Of a DNA stretch of 64,000 nucleotides, positions 39,210 to 48,603 are shown piece after piece. This stretch comes from a virus: positions 1-64,000 of IMG/VR virus record IMGVR_UViG_3300032322_002033; one strand, 5' to 3'. Below the pieces are notes generated by a model. The model was not told where the DNA came from and made no database searches. It worked only from the letters and a program-made list of their open reading frames with translations. Both the position numbers and the translations under genes were made by a program. The stretch's first letter is position 1. Every line of letters begins with the position of its first letter.

Positions 39210-40075
39210 TATTTTTTCATTAATTTAATCAAATCCATTATATCAACACCTTCTTTATCCGCAATCTTTTTTATATTTTCAATATTTTTTGATAATATTT
39301 TTGTAATCCCCTTTTGTTTTTTTGGTGACATTTTATCTTCCTTTTTTTTCTTATTTAGGATGATATCCTCAACCATTTTTACAACTTCATTTTTCCTATG
39401 CTCTTCAATTTTTTCTTTTTCAGTTAGTCTTCTTTTTGTGAAACAATTAAGACATTTACCATTCTTTTTTTGTTTTTCTAAAGATTTATCTAATTTTTTT
39501 GAAAATCCAAATTTAGATAGTCTATCATCTAATTCCAAATCATCTTCTACACCCATTTTTTTCATAATGTTTGCCGCCTGATTGTAGGTTTTAGCGTCCT
39601 CTACTTCTTCATAACCAAAAGCATCCGAAAAGTCAATTTCTTTAATTACAGAATCTTCATTATCCACACTTTCTCCCCAATAAACTCGATAACCACGAGT
39701 AACAGGATTATTTGTTTGTCTTGTTGCAACAACCTCTTGGTCAGTAGTTTTCTTTGGTGATAAATAAGGATTGAAAATTGGAATTTTTGAACTTAACATA
39801 GTCCCGTCATAATCAACCAACTCTTCTAATTCTTCTTTTTTATCTGAAAGATGTTTTTTTAAATCTGAAGTATTTTTTATATTTTTTTCCTTTTTAATTT
39901 TACTCAATTCTTTTTTTAAAGAGTCTTTCTGAGTTTTTTTAAATTTTAAAATTTCATCTTTTTTTCTAGCCTCAGTTAAAGTATTTGACACACTAAAATA
40001 AAGAGTAATATCGTCTTTACCTTCTTTAAGGAAAAAGTAATATGGTGAACTAAAATATTCTTTTCTAAATTCCAT
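39209..40075 (-). CDS. Hypothetical K/E-rich protein
   Basis: Start re-called at MEFRK, downstream of TATTTAT at 40090-40096. Confidence 0.7.
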   Translation of the reverse strand: MEFRKEYFSSPYYFFLKEGKDDITLYFSVSNTLTEARKKDEILKFKKTQKDSLKKELSKIKKEKNIKNTSDLKKHLSDKKEELEELVDYDGTMLSSKIPIFNPYLSPKKTTDQEVVATRQTNNPVTRGYRVYWGESVDNEDSVIKEIDFSDAFGYEEVEDAKTYNQAANIMKKMGVEDDLELDDRLSKFGFSKKLDKSLEKQKKNGKCLNCFTKRRLTEKEKIEEHRKNEVVKMVEDIILNKKKKEDKMSPKKQKGITKILSKNIENIKKIADKEGVDIMDLIKLMKK

Positions 40076-40089
40076 TAGTCTTTTTACAT

Positions 40090-40115
40090 ATAAATACATC
40101 GGATTAACTATTTAT
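40090..40115. promoter_or_regulatory. Back-to-back divergent TATTTAT motifs
   Basis: ATAAATA at 40090-40096 (minus) and TATTTAT at 40109-40115 (plus) at the strand switch. Confidence 0.65.
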
Positions 40116-40122
40116 CTACAAA

Positions 40123-41880
40123 ATGGCTCAACAGAATATTAATCAATATAATTTTAAAAAATGGTTTATCAAATCGGTTCCAAAAAATAACGATTTAAGT
40201 CTGGCGTCGGATGAGGTAGACTTTAATCAAGAAGTTATTTTTTCTACAGAGTTGATAGGGTTAAATGATGGTAATCGATTACCTATACATTTTGATTTAA
40301 ACAATTCGGGCAGTTCTCAACTGTTTACAATTAATTATGGTGATTATTACACAGGTAATACTCTTGTATCTTTAAATTATTATAACCCTAATAATGACAA
40401 TTTAAATTGTTATACCTCATCGACATTATGTGACATAGGTTTAACAGGTGTTGATAATGGTTTAACTACTCAAATATCAGGTGAAACCCTGTATTATACT
40501 ATGGGGGTATATACTGGAGATACAAAATGGGATAGATACCATTATGATAGAAGAATGAAATTAATTCCTGTGTCTTATGGTACTAACGAACTAGTAGAAT
40601 TAGTACTAACTTCAGATATTAGTGCCGGCTCAGTTATTGTGAATTATGTTTTTTCAGCAAGCACAAATGTTAAAACTAATGTCTCAATATCATTTACTCA
40701 GTCAATTGGTAGGGAAGACAATACTCCTCTAGTGGTTACTACAGGGGTTACAATTTTTTCAGGAACATCAACAGGGTCAACAACTGTTGTGTTTGATGCG
40801 AGTTTTTCTAATTTAAATCGAACAAGTAGTTTTGAAAATGTGACAATATCGGGAGTTAAATACACACAACCCATTGTTCTCAAAGAAGATACAAAATTCG
40901 AAGTACCTGTGTGCGAACAATTTTTAACTAATGAATTGAGTAATATTTTAACAACTGAAAATAGTGATAATATAATTACTGAACTTGATGGTTGTTATAA
41001 TTGTTATTCTGGATTACAAACATTAAATGTCGGATATAGAACTGGTGCAATTGTTTATAATAGCGTTGATAACACAATTTACGTGGCAGCGGTAGAAAGC
41101 CCATATGTTTTTATAATTGACCCTTTAAACTTTACTGTTTCTGATACCGTAACGTTAAGTCAATCTTCTTCGTATTATAATTATATGGCTTATTATTCAG
41201 GAACAAATTCAGTATATGGTAGTTATTTGTTTAGTGATAACACAATTGGTGTTGTTTCATCAAACACTGAAGATAGTACGTTATCAATTTTTGTACCTAG
41301 AGGATTAACTGTACAACCAAATGAACAAAGATTATATGTTGGCGGGACAGGTAGGGTTAGATATGTCGATTTAAATACTCTAACAACACATACCGGTGTC
41401 TCATTAGGCTCAGCATCATTCGAATCAGTTTATAATAGTGTTGACAATACAATATATTTTGCAAAATATATTGCAGGCCAAGTTGCAGTTTACGATTGTT
41501 CAACAAGTAATGTAACTACCAATATTACTGTTGGGAAAACTCCATATAACTTACAATTTAATCCATTACTTAATGTTGTATATGTACTTAATGAAGGTGA
41601 TGATAGTGTTTCGGTAATTGATTGTAATACAAATATAGTAATTGCAACAATTACAGGGATGACTAACGTGTTATCAATTTTGTATATACCTAATACGACA
41701 AAACTTTTAGTTAGTAATCTAAATGGAGTTGTTTATAAAATAAATTGTTCTAACAACACAATTACTTGTTCTCAGGATTTAGGTACTAATATACCTCAAA
41801 TGACATACAATCCAAATGATGGGTTTGTATATGTGAGTGATTATAACGAAACAGCAACTATGAGAAGATTCATACCGTAA
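40123..41880 (+). CDS. Virion protein with C-terminal YVTN-like beta-propeller
   Basis: YNSVDNTIY repeats, VYVLNEGDDSVSVIDCNTNIVIATI, LTTENSDNIITE linker. Confidence 0.7.
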   Translation: MAQQNINQYNFKKWFIKSVPKNNDLSLASDEVDFNQEVIFSTELIGLNDGNRLPIHFDLNNSGSSQLFTINYGDYYTGNTLVSLNYYNPNNDNLNCYTSSTLCDIGLTGVDNGLTTQISGETLYYTMGVYTGDTKWDRYHYDRRMKLIPVSYGTNELVELVLTSDISAGSVIVNYVFSASTNVKTNVSISFTQSIGREDNTPLVVTTGVTIFSGTSTGSTTVVFDASFSNLNRTSSFENVTISGVKYTQPIVLKEDTKFEVPVCEQFLTNELSNILTTENSDNIITELDGCYNCYSGLQTLNVGYRTGAIVYNSVDNTIYVAAVESPYVFIIDPLNFTVSDTVTLSQSSSYYNYMAYYSGTNSVYGSYLFSDNTIGVVSSNTEDSTLSIFVPRGLTVQPNEQRLYVGGTGRVRYVDLNTLTTHTGVSLGSASFESVYNSVDNTIYFAKYIAGQVAVYDCSTSNVTTNITVGKTPYNLQFNPLLNVVYVLNEGDDSVSVIDCNTNIVIATITGMTNVLSILYIPNTTKLLVSNLNGVVYKINCSNNTITCSQDLGTNIPQMTYNPNDGFVYVSDYNETATMRRFIP

Positions 41881-41913
41881 AAAATAAAATATATTTATAA
41901 ATAAAATTAAAAA

Positions 41914-42894
41914 ATGTCAAATATTAAAATATCACAGTTAACTCAGTTTACTGGTTCATCAAGTAATACGTGGTTAGTTATAAATAACTCAGCTCAAACT
42001 GAAACGTTTAAAATAACAAGAGAAACCTTATTATCAGGATTAATACAATGTTCAAATGTTATTGCGAGCGAATCACTACAGGCGAATGAAATTTTCCCAT
42101 CAGATGATGTAGATTTAAATATAAGTACAAGAACTAACACTGGCACCAAAGGGATTAATTTAATGACCGGACCAAAACCTGGTGGTCTCGGGTATATTAG
42201 AATTAAAATCACATCCGGAGGTACGGTAGGTATTAATACAGATACACCAACTGCTCAACTTGATGTGTCAGTTCCAACAGGAAGTACGGTTGGATTAAGA
42301 GTTTCAGGTAATTCAAATACTGACATGGTTAGAATTACGCAAGTAGGAACAGGACATACTTTTGTTGTTGAGGATTCTCAAAATCCTGATAGTACACCAT
42401 TTGTCATAAGAAATGACGGTAAAGTGTATATGGGAACTTATACTGAAGACACCTCATCACTACTTAATGTTGGAGGTAACGCCCATTTTTGGGGTAATGT
42501 TTTTTTTACGGGAACCGCTAATGTCGCAATCCAAAATGCAGTTCCTGGAAGAACTTTAATAAATTTTGCATCAGTTGGGAATTCCTATTTTAATAACGGT
42601 AATTTAGGTGTTGGTACAATATTACCTGACGCCAGATTAGACGTAACCTCAACAGGAAGTACGGTTGGGTTAAGAGTCTCAGGTAACTCGTCAACTGACA
42701 TGGTTAGAATTACTCAAACAGGTAGTGGGAATGCTCTTATAGTTGAAGGAAATATAATATACCCGTCTCCATCTACTCCACCTGTAAGTAGTGGTAGTAC
42801 CGGAACAAAAGGTACTGTGACATGGGACGGAAGTTATTTTTATATCTGTGTTGATACTAATACTTGGAAGAGGTCACAATTATTATCTTGGTAA
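41914..42894 (+). CDS. Tail-fibre-like protein
   Basis: MSNIKISQL N-terminus, G.VG..T..P...LDV repeats, C-terminal WD..Y.YIC..TNTWKR motif. Confidence 0.7.
   Translation: MSNIKISQLTQFTGSSSNTWLVINNSAQTETFKITRETLLSGLIQCSNVIASESLQANEIFPSDDVDLNISTRTNTGTKGINLMTGPKPGGLGYIRIKITSGGTVGINTDTPTAQLDVSVPTGSTVGLRVSGNSNTDMVRITQVGTGHTFVVEDSQNPDSTPFVIRNDGKVYMGTYTEDTSSLLNVGGNAHFWGNVFFTGTANVAIQNAVPGRTLINFASVGNSYFNNGNLGVGTILPDARLDVTSTGSTVGLRVSGNSSTDMVRITQTGSGNALIVEGNIIYPSPSTPPVSSGSTGTKGTVTWDGSYFYICVDTNTWKRSQLLSW
42275..42713 (+). repeat. Internal direct repeat (about 64 nt, period 375 nt)
   Basis: CAACAGGAAGTACGGTTGG...CTGACATGGTTAGAATTAC at 42275 and 42650. Confidence 0.8.
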
Positions 42895-42932
42895 TAAAAA
42901 AGTCCAAAGTATTTATATAAAAATAGTTTTCA

Positions 42933-44690
42933 ATGTCAAGAAGATTTTCTGGAAATACCAAAGAAACCGTATATAATATTGTATCAAAAACGGGTAATAC
43001 TATAGGGTATTATAACCAACTTTACGGAGGGTTTTACCAAGGATTTTTTAAACTATTCGGATATGACTATGAAGTATTTCCGGACAGAACTAATAAAGGT
43101 TGGTCTGTTGAGATGTTATTAAGAGCGAGACAAGAAGATGAGTTTTATCATTTAGAGAATCAAACTTATTTAAATGAAGTTTACCCTAATAACAAGAATA
43201 CTTTTTTTTATTTTGGTACAAGAGCTGAGAATAAATTTTATCATCATGCGGCAGGTTCACCCGCGACAGATACGGGGTATACAAGAGTTACGGCAAGTCT
43301 AAGTGGATGTTTTGAAACTTGCGCATGTTCAAACACAGGAGTCACCAACTCTCGATGTGTTGAAGTCTATGAACCTTTAACATATCTACCACAACATAAT
43401 ATTGATTGTAATTGCGGTTGTGGTTCATCAACAACGGAAGTTCCTAATTCAGATAAAGACCCATTATTTGACACTATGTCAAATAGTTTTTCATTAAAAT
43501 TATCAGGTGACCCAAAAAACCCAAAAATATGTGTCAGAGTTTTAAAATTTACGGGAGGGTGTGAAGTAACAGGTACTTGTTCAACAACAGGAATTACATA
43601 TGCAACAGGTTATACAGTTTCAGAGTATTGTTCATCAAAACAAATTTACGATTATTGCCAGGTCGCAAACGATGATTATTTAAATAAAGAGCATTGGTTT
43701 TTAGTTGATTGTGTTTGGGAAAGAAATGAATATTTTGATACATGTGATTTATATTATAAAGGTGGGCTCGGTCTGATTAGTGAAACTAAATATGTTGATT
43801 CATTATCACAAAATACGGTTAATTTAATTTCCCCACCAATTACAAATGGGGAAGTAGTCGCTGAAACTATAGAAGTTATTGAGTTGAATGAAAGATGGTT
43901 AACTGAAAAAGACCACAGACTTGGTTCTTTAAAATTATATGTTAATGGTAAATTGTTTTATGTTATTAATGGATTTGAGGAAATTATACCAAGAGGATTA
44001 AATACTGAAAAAGAAAAACAATTAGGTGTACCTTTTAATCTTTCTTGGGGTGGAGGAACTCAAGGACTTAGAGAAAGTTTAACTTTGGTATCTTGTAATG
44101 ACAACACAGATTACCAGCAAGACCCTGAGGTAATGCCAAACCAAACATTATCAGGTACCTCATTATCCGCATTAACAACAAATATATTTATTGAACCTAA
44201 TTTTGCAGGAAGTTTTGATGGTGCCATAAGTCAATTTAGGATGTATACTGAACCATTATCTTATCCTGAAATTATACACAACTTTGATATATTAAAAGAA
44301 AATTTTTCTTTATTTGATTGGAAATGTCCAAATTGTAATGATTTTTTGGTAAATGATATTGTTAGTGGAGTTACTAATAATGTTTTAACTTTTTCTTCGG
44401 CAACTTTTTCAGCATATAGTTATGACTTGAGTTGGAAACCTTTAAATCAAAATTTTAGAATTTCAATCACAGGTAATACATCAATACCATCATTCCCATA
44501 TTCAATAAATTTATTAGACCCATTAATAATTCCTTACTTTGGTGGTGGTAGTTATTATTTTTATTTTCAACATATAGACCAAACATTACGTGTTGATGTT
44601 CCTGATAATGTAGTTAACGTATTATTATTTGGAGGTGATAATGTGTTAGATGTTGGTAATGATGCATATTTATTAATAGAACCTTTATAA
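42933..44690 (+). CDS. Cys-rich virion protein with LamG/concanavalin-like elements
   Basis: WSVEMLL, LKLYVNGKL, FDGAISQFRMYTEPLS..EI.HNF; CNCGC; TATTTAT at 42910-42916. Confidence 0.65.
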   Translation: MSRRFSGNTKETVYNIVSKTGNTIGYYNQLYGGFYQGFFKLFGYDYEVFPDRTNKGWSVEMLLRARQEDEFYHLENQTYLNEVYPNNKNTFFYFGTRAENKFYHHAAGSPATDTGYTRVTASLSGCFETCACSNTGVTNSRCVEVYEPLTYLPQHNIDCNCGCGSSTTEVPNSDKDPLFDTMSNSFSLKLSGDPKNPKICVRVLKFTGGCEVTGTCSTTGITYATGYTVSEYCSSKQIYDYCQVANDDYLNKEHWFLVDCVWERNEYFDTCDLYYKGGLGLISETKYVDSLSQNTVNLISPPITNGEVVAETIEVIELNERWLTEKDHRLGSLKLYVNGKLFYVINGFEEIIPRGLNTEKEKQLGVPFNLSWGGGTQGLRESLTLVSCNDNTDYQQDPEVMPNQTLSGTSLSALTTNIFIEPNFAGSFDGAISQFRMYTEPLSYPEIIHNFDILKENFSLFDWKCPNCNDFLVNDIVSGVTNNVLTFSSATFSAYSYDLSWKPLNQNFRISITGNTSIPSFPYSINLLDPLIIPYFGGGSYYFYFQHIDQTLRVDVPDNVVNVLLFGGDNVLDVGNDAYLLIEPL

Positions 44691-44694
44691 AATT

Positions 44695-45189
44695 ATGGCA
44701 CAGGGAAAAACTTTAAATGAATTAACAGGGACAACATCAGTAAATCAACAAGATTTACTTTTAATATACCAAACAGGTAGTACTAAAAACGTATCAATAA
44801 GTGCATTGACTCAGAATATTGTAAACAAAAATTTTACAGGAGGTACTATGTCAGTAACTGGTACATCTTCTTTTGAGGGTAATGTAACAATTAATGTTTT
44901 AAGTGTTACTGGGGAAACAATTTTTTCAGATAACATCACAGGACAAACAGGGACGTTTAATGAGATAACTATTACCGGAAGTACCACAATTAGTGGTAAT
45001 ACTGAAATTGGAGGTAATGTGAGAATATCTAACGATTTAATTTACCCAACACCATCAGTAGTACCAAGTTTAAGTGGTGGTAGTTATGGAACTACAGGAA
45101 CTACAGGAACAATTTCATGGGATTCAGATTACATATACGTATGTGTTGCAACTAATACATGGAAAAGAGCTCAGTTATTAATATGGTAA
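44695..45189 (+). CDS. Short fibre-like protein, paralog of 41914
   Basis: KTLNELT N-terminus; shared C-terminus WDSDYIYVCVATNTWKRAQLLIW. Confidence 0.7.
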   Translation: MAQGKTLNELTGTTSVNQQDLLLIYQTGSTKNVSISALTQNIVNKNFTGGTMSVTGTSSFEGNVTINVLSVTGETIFSDNITGQTGTFNEITITGSTTISGNTEIGGNVRISNDLIYPTPSVVPSLSGGSYGTTGTTGTISWDSDYIYVCVATNTWKRAQLLIW

Positions 45190-45248
45190 GTTAAAAAAAG
45201 ATTTATTTAGTTTTAAATTTTATTAATATTTTATTCAAATAGTAAACT

Positions 45249-46496
45249 ATGAGTAAAATATTCATACAAGTCGCGTCATATCGAGACCCCCAACTTATCC
45301 CAACAATAAAATCGGCGATAGATAATTCCAAAAATCCTGAAAATTTGGTATTCGGTATTTGTCGTCAATATCACCCTTCTGACAAGTTTGATGATTTAGA
45401 AGAATATCGAAATGATGGTAGATTCAAGATTATTGATGTGAATTATAAAGATTCTAAAGGTGCTTGTTGGGCAAGACATCAAATCCAACAATTATATGAT
45501 GGTGAGGATTATACCTTACAGATAGATTCCCACATGAGGTTTGCTAAAGATTGGGATTTTGAAATGATAAAAATGGTTAAAGATTTGAAAAAGAAAGGTT
45601 ATAAAAAACCATTACTAACTTCTTATGTTTCATCTTTTGACCCTGATAATGACCCAAATGGTAGAACTATGGAACCTTGGCAAATGGCTTTTGATAGATT
45701 TATTCCTGAAGGGGCGGTATTCTTTTTACCTGAAACAATACCTAATTGGCAAAATTTAGACTCACCTGTAACCTCAAGATTCTACTCGGCACATTTTTGT
45801 TTTACCCTTGGTAAGTTTGCTAAAGAAGTACAACACGACCCTGATTTTTATTTTCATGGTGAAGAAATATCTATTGCGGTTAGAGCGTTCACACATGGTT
45901 ATGATTTATTTCACCCGCATAAAGTTTTAATTTGGCATGAATACACAAGAAAAGGTAGAGTTAAGCAGTGGGATGATGATTTAAAATGGTTTGAGAAAAA
46001 TAATGTTGCCCATCAAAGAAACCGAGCTCTATTTGGAATGGATGGAGAAGCTGAAATTGAATTAGGTAAATACGGATTTGGGAAAGTTAGAACATTAAAA
46101 GATTATGAAAAATACTCAGGTCTAAAATTTTCAATACGAGGAGTCCAACAACATACATTAGATAAAAAATACCCACCTAACCCATATAATTTTAATAATG
46201 ATGAGGAATGGGAAAATTCATTTGCAACAATTTTTAAACATTGCATAGATGTTGGGTATTCAGATGTACCTGAAGATGATTATGATTTTTGGGCAGTTGC
46301 ATTTCACGATGAAAATGACAATACGATGTATCGATTAGATGCGACAAAAGAAGAAATAAAAAGAATGAAAAATGACCCCGATGGATATTGTAAAATATGG
46401 AGACAATTTGATACTTTAAAGAAACCAAAGTATTGGGTTGTTTGGCCACATTCAGAATCTAAAGGGTGGTGTAATAGAATAACAGGTAACTTATGA
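45249..46496 (+). CDS. GT60-like polypeptide N-acetylglucosaminyltransferase (Skp1 Gnt1-like)
   Basis: IFIQVASYRDP, SKGACWAR, LQIDSHMRF..DWD, FHGEEI..AVRAFTHGYD, WHEY. Confidence 0.85.
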   Translation: MSKIFIQVASYRDPQLIPTIKSAIDNSKNPENLVFGICRQYHPSDKFDDLEEYRNDGRFKIIDVNYKDSKGACWARHQIQQLYDGEDYTLQIDSHMRFAKDWDFEMIKMVKDLKKKGYKKPLLTSYVSSFDPDNDPNGRTMEPWQMAFDRFIPEGAVFFLPETIPNWQNLDSPVTSRFYSAHFCFTLGKFAKEVQHDPDFYFHGEEISIAVRAFTHGYDLFHPHKVLIWHEYTRKGRVKQWDDDLKWFEKNNVAHQRNRALFGMDGEAEIELGKYGFGKVRTLKDYEKYSGLKFSIRGVQQHTLDKKYPPNPYNFNNDEEWENSFATIFKHCIDVGYSDVPEDDYDFWAVAFHDENDNTMYRLDATKEEIKRMKNDPDGYCKIWRQFDTLKKPKYWVVWPHSESKGWCNRITGNL

Positions 46497-47209
46497 ATAT
46501 AGATTTTTGTTTTGCAACATTTTGTTTTGGTGATAGGTATTATTCCCAAACAAACACACTAATTAATGATTTGAAAATATCAGAATTAAAACCAAATTTA
46601 ATTGTGATTACTGATAATCCTGATAAAATATTAATTGAAGATTTTGTTAAAGTTTTTAATGTCTCAGAATATTCTGAGGATTATTTAAACTATGCTAACA
46701 ACTATTACGATTTTGATTTTTCAGTTAAACGATTTACAGTAAAGAAAGCATTTGAATTAGGTTATAATAAAATTATTTTGGTTGATACTGACATTCGAGT
46801 CAACTATGGGTTATTCACTCATGAAAATATTTCCAATTCGTTTGAAGATAATTCAATTTTAGGTTCAGTCACTTACAACTTTGATGAACAAATAACTACT
46901 AATAGTGAATTAGGTAAACGTTTAATGTATTATGAAAATCATTTTGGTTATGAAATAAATAAAAATGAATTAAACTTTATGCCTGAGGATTGTATTCAAT
47001 ATTTGAATATTGATACTGATAAAATGGTTAATTTTTTAAATGATTGGGACAATTGTATTCAAGTTAAGAATAGTCATGGGTTAAGGAACATACCTGCGGG
47101 AAATATTGATGAAATGTGTTTTAGTGCAATTAAGAATGGTATTAAAGTGGGTAACAATTCAAATAAATCTTTAAACATAGTTTTTGCACAACATGACAAA
47201 TGGTACTAA
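46493..47209 (+). CDS. Putative GT-A transferase
   Basis: VITDNP, FSVKRF, IILVDTD (DxD). Confidence 0.55.
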   Translation: MNIDFCFATFCFGDRYYSQTNTLINDLKISELKPNLIVITDNPDKILIEDFVKVFNVSEYSEDYLNYANNYYDFDFSVKRFTVKKAFELGYNKIILVDTDIRVNYGLFTHENISNSFEDNSILGSVTYNFDEQITTNSELGKRLMYYENHFGYEINKNELNFMPEDCIQYLNIDTDKMVNFLNDWDNCIQVKNSHGLRNIPAGNIDEMCFSAIKNGIKVGNNSNKSLNIVFAQHDKWY

Positions 47210-48047
47210 AATAGTTAGTTCAATTTATGAACTAAATTATGTCAAAGAAAGAAATGGTGAAAGATATAAAAACTTTCCATTACTTGTTGCGACTTTAAAA
47301 AACATAATTTTTCCCGAATACAACTATGTAATTTATACTGACCAAAATTCGTATGAAAAATTCAATTTACAATATGAATTTAATAAACCAAATGTTGAAT
47401 TTAAATTCAAAGAACTTAATACGTCAGAATCTTGTGAATTAATTGATAAAATCAGACATGATGAATTATCAGGGGGTATGAACTATGATAGAATTTATTG
47501 TGTTAACAATTATTTAGAAGTCGTAATTAATAAGTTGAAGTTTTTAATTGATGAGTCAGTTGATTGTGAAAATATATTTTGGATTGATTCTGGTTTGATT
47601 GGAACATCTTGTCATGACGGATGGAGAGATTACATGGCTCCACTAATTAACTCAAAAAATTTTTTAGAAAAAATTTTGGAAAAAATCCAAAAACATGGAT
47701 TTATACATTTAAAAGGTAATTCAATTGTTATGAATTATGAAATGGTTGATAGATTCCAAGAGTTGTATGGTGTAGAATTAAAGGTAGTGCCAGGATGTCT
47801 ATTTGGTGGAAAATCTGAAAAAGTTAGACATTTATTAGACGGATATTTAGACATTTTTACAAGTTATCTTATCAAATATAATCAGCTAATAAGTGAACAA
47901 GAAGTCCTTACGGCTATTACAGGTCAAAATAAAGAAGAATGTTATGCTTTTGAATTTGGAGATTGGTTAGACTTACAAAAAGGATTTTTAAACATTTTAG
48001 ACATTTATGATGAATCAAAGTACACAAGAGAAAGATGTTATGTTTAG
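47193..48047 (+). CDS. HtrL/YibB-like protein
   Basis: VIYTD, IFWIDSG, GCLFGG, SEQEVL. Confidence 0.65.
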   Translation: MTNGTKIVSSIYELNYVKERNGERYKNFPLLVATLKNIIFPEYNYVIYTDQNSYEKFNLQYEFNKPNVEFKFKELNTSESCELIDKIRHDELSGGMNYDRIYCVNNYLEVVINKLKFLIDESVDCENIFWIDSGLIGTSCHDGWRDYMAPLINSKNFLEKILEKIQKHGFIHLKGNSIVMNYEMVDRFQELYGVELKVVPGCLFGGKSEKVRHLLDGYLDIFTSYLIKYNQLISEQEVLTAITGQNKEECYAFEFGDWLDLQKGFLNILDIYDESKYTRERCYV

Positions 48048-48603
48048 TCTTAATATTGTATGTACAAGTATTGGAAGACAAACTCTACCAAGGTTAATCG
48101 ATTCATTTGTTAATCAACTAAAAAGTAATGATATTTTTACAATCATATCAGACATAAATCATGATTTTGTTTCTGAGGTTTTATCAAGATACAATTTTAA
48201 TTTTACTGTTAATCATATCATTAATAATGGTGAAAGAGCGTGGAAATATGGTCATCCATTAATTAATAAACACGTAAACAATTTAGATGGTGATTTTATA
48301 ATGTTTGCTGACGATGATGATAGATATACCGAAGGAGCGTTTGATGTAATTAGAGATAATGTTAAAGACAAAAATAAATTATATATTTTTAAACATAAGT
48401 GGGGTTCCGATATTAATTGGAAGTTAAAAGATTTTACAATAGGTAATGTTGGAAAATGTATGGGGGTAATTCCGAACACTCACAATCTTCCAAAATTTAG
48501 AGAAGATGTTTTTGGTGATGTTTATTTTTATGAGGAAATTGGTAACATGTTTGAAAGTGAGTTTATTGACCACATAATTTATAAAGTTAGGGATACAGAA
48601 TGA
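48040..48603 (+). CDS. Glycosyltransferase family 2-like
   Basis: TSIGRQTLPR, DFIMFADDDD, GDVYF; start re-called at MFSL. Confidence 0.75.
   Translation: MFSLNIVCTSIGRQTLPRLIDSFVNQLKSNDIFTIISDINHDFVSEVLSRYNFNFTVNHIINNGERAWKYGHPLINKHVNNLDGDFIMFADDDDRYTEGAFDVIRDNVKDKNKLYIFKHKWGSDINWKLKDFTIGNVGKCMGVIPNTHNLPKFREDVFGDVYFYEEIGNMFESEFIDHIIYKVRDTE

Noticed and set aside
40123-44690. ORFs 40123 and 42933 are both exactly 585 aa
   Set aside because: No visible sequence similarity; treated as coincidence
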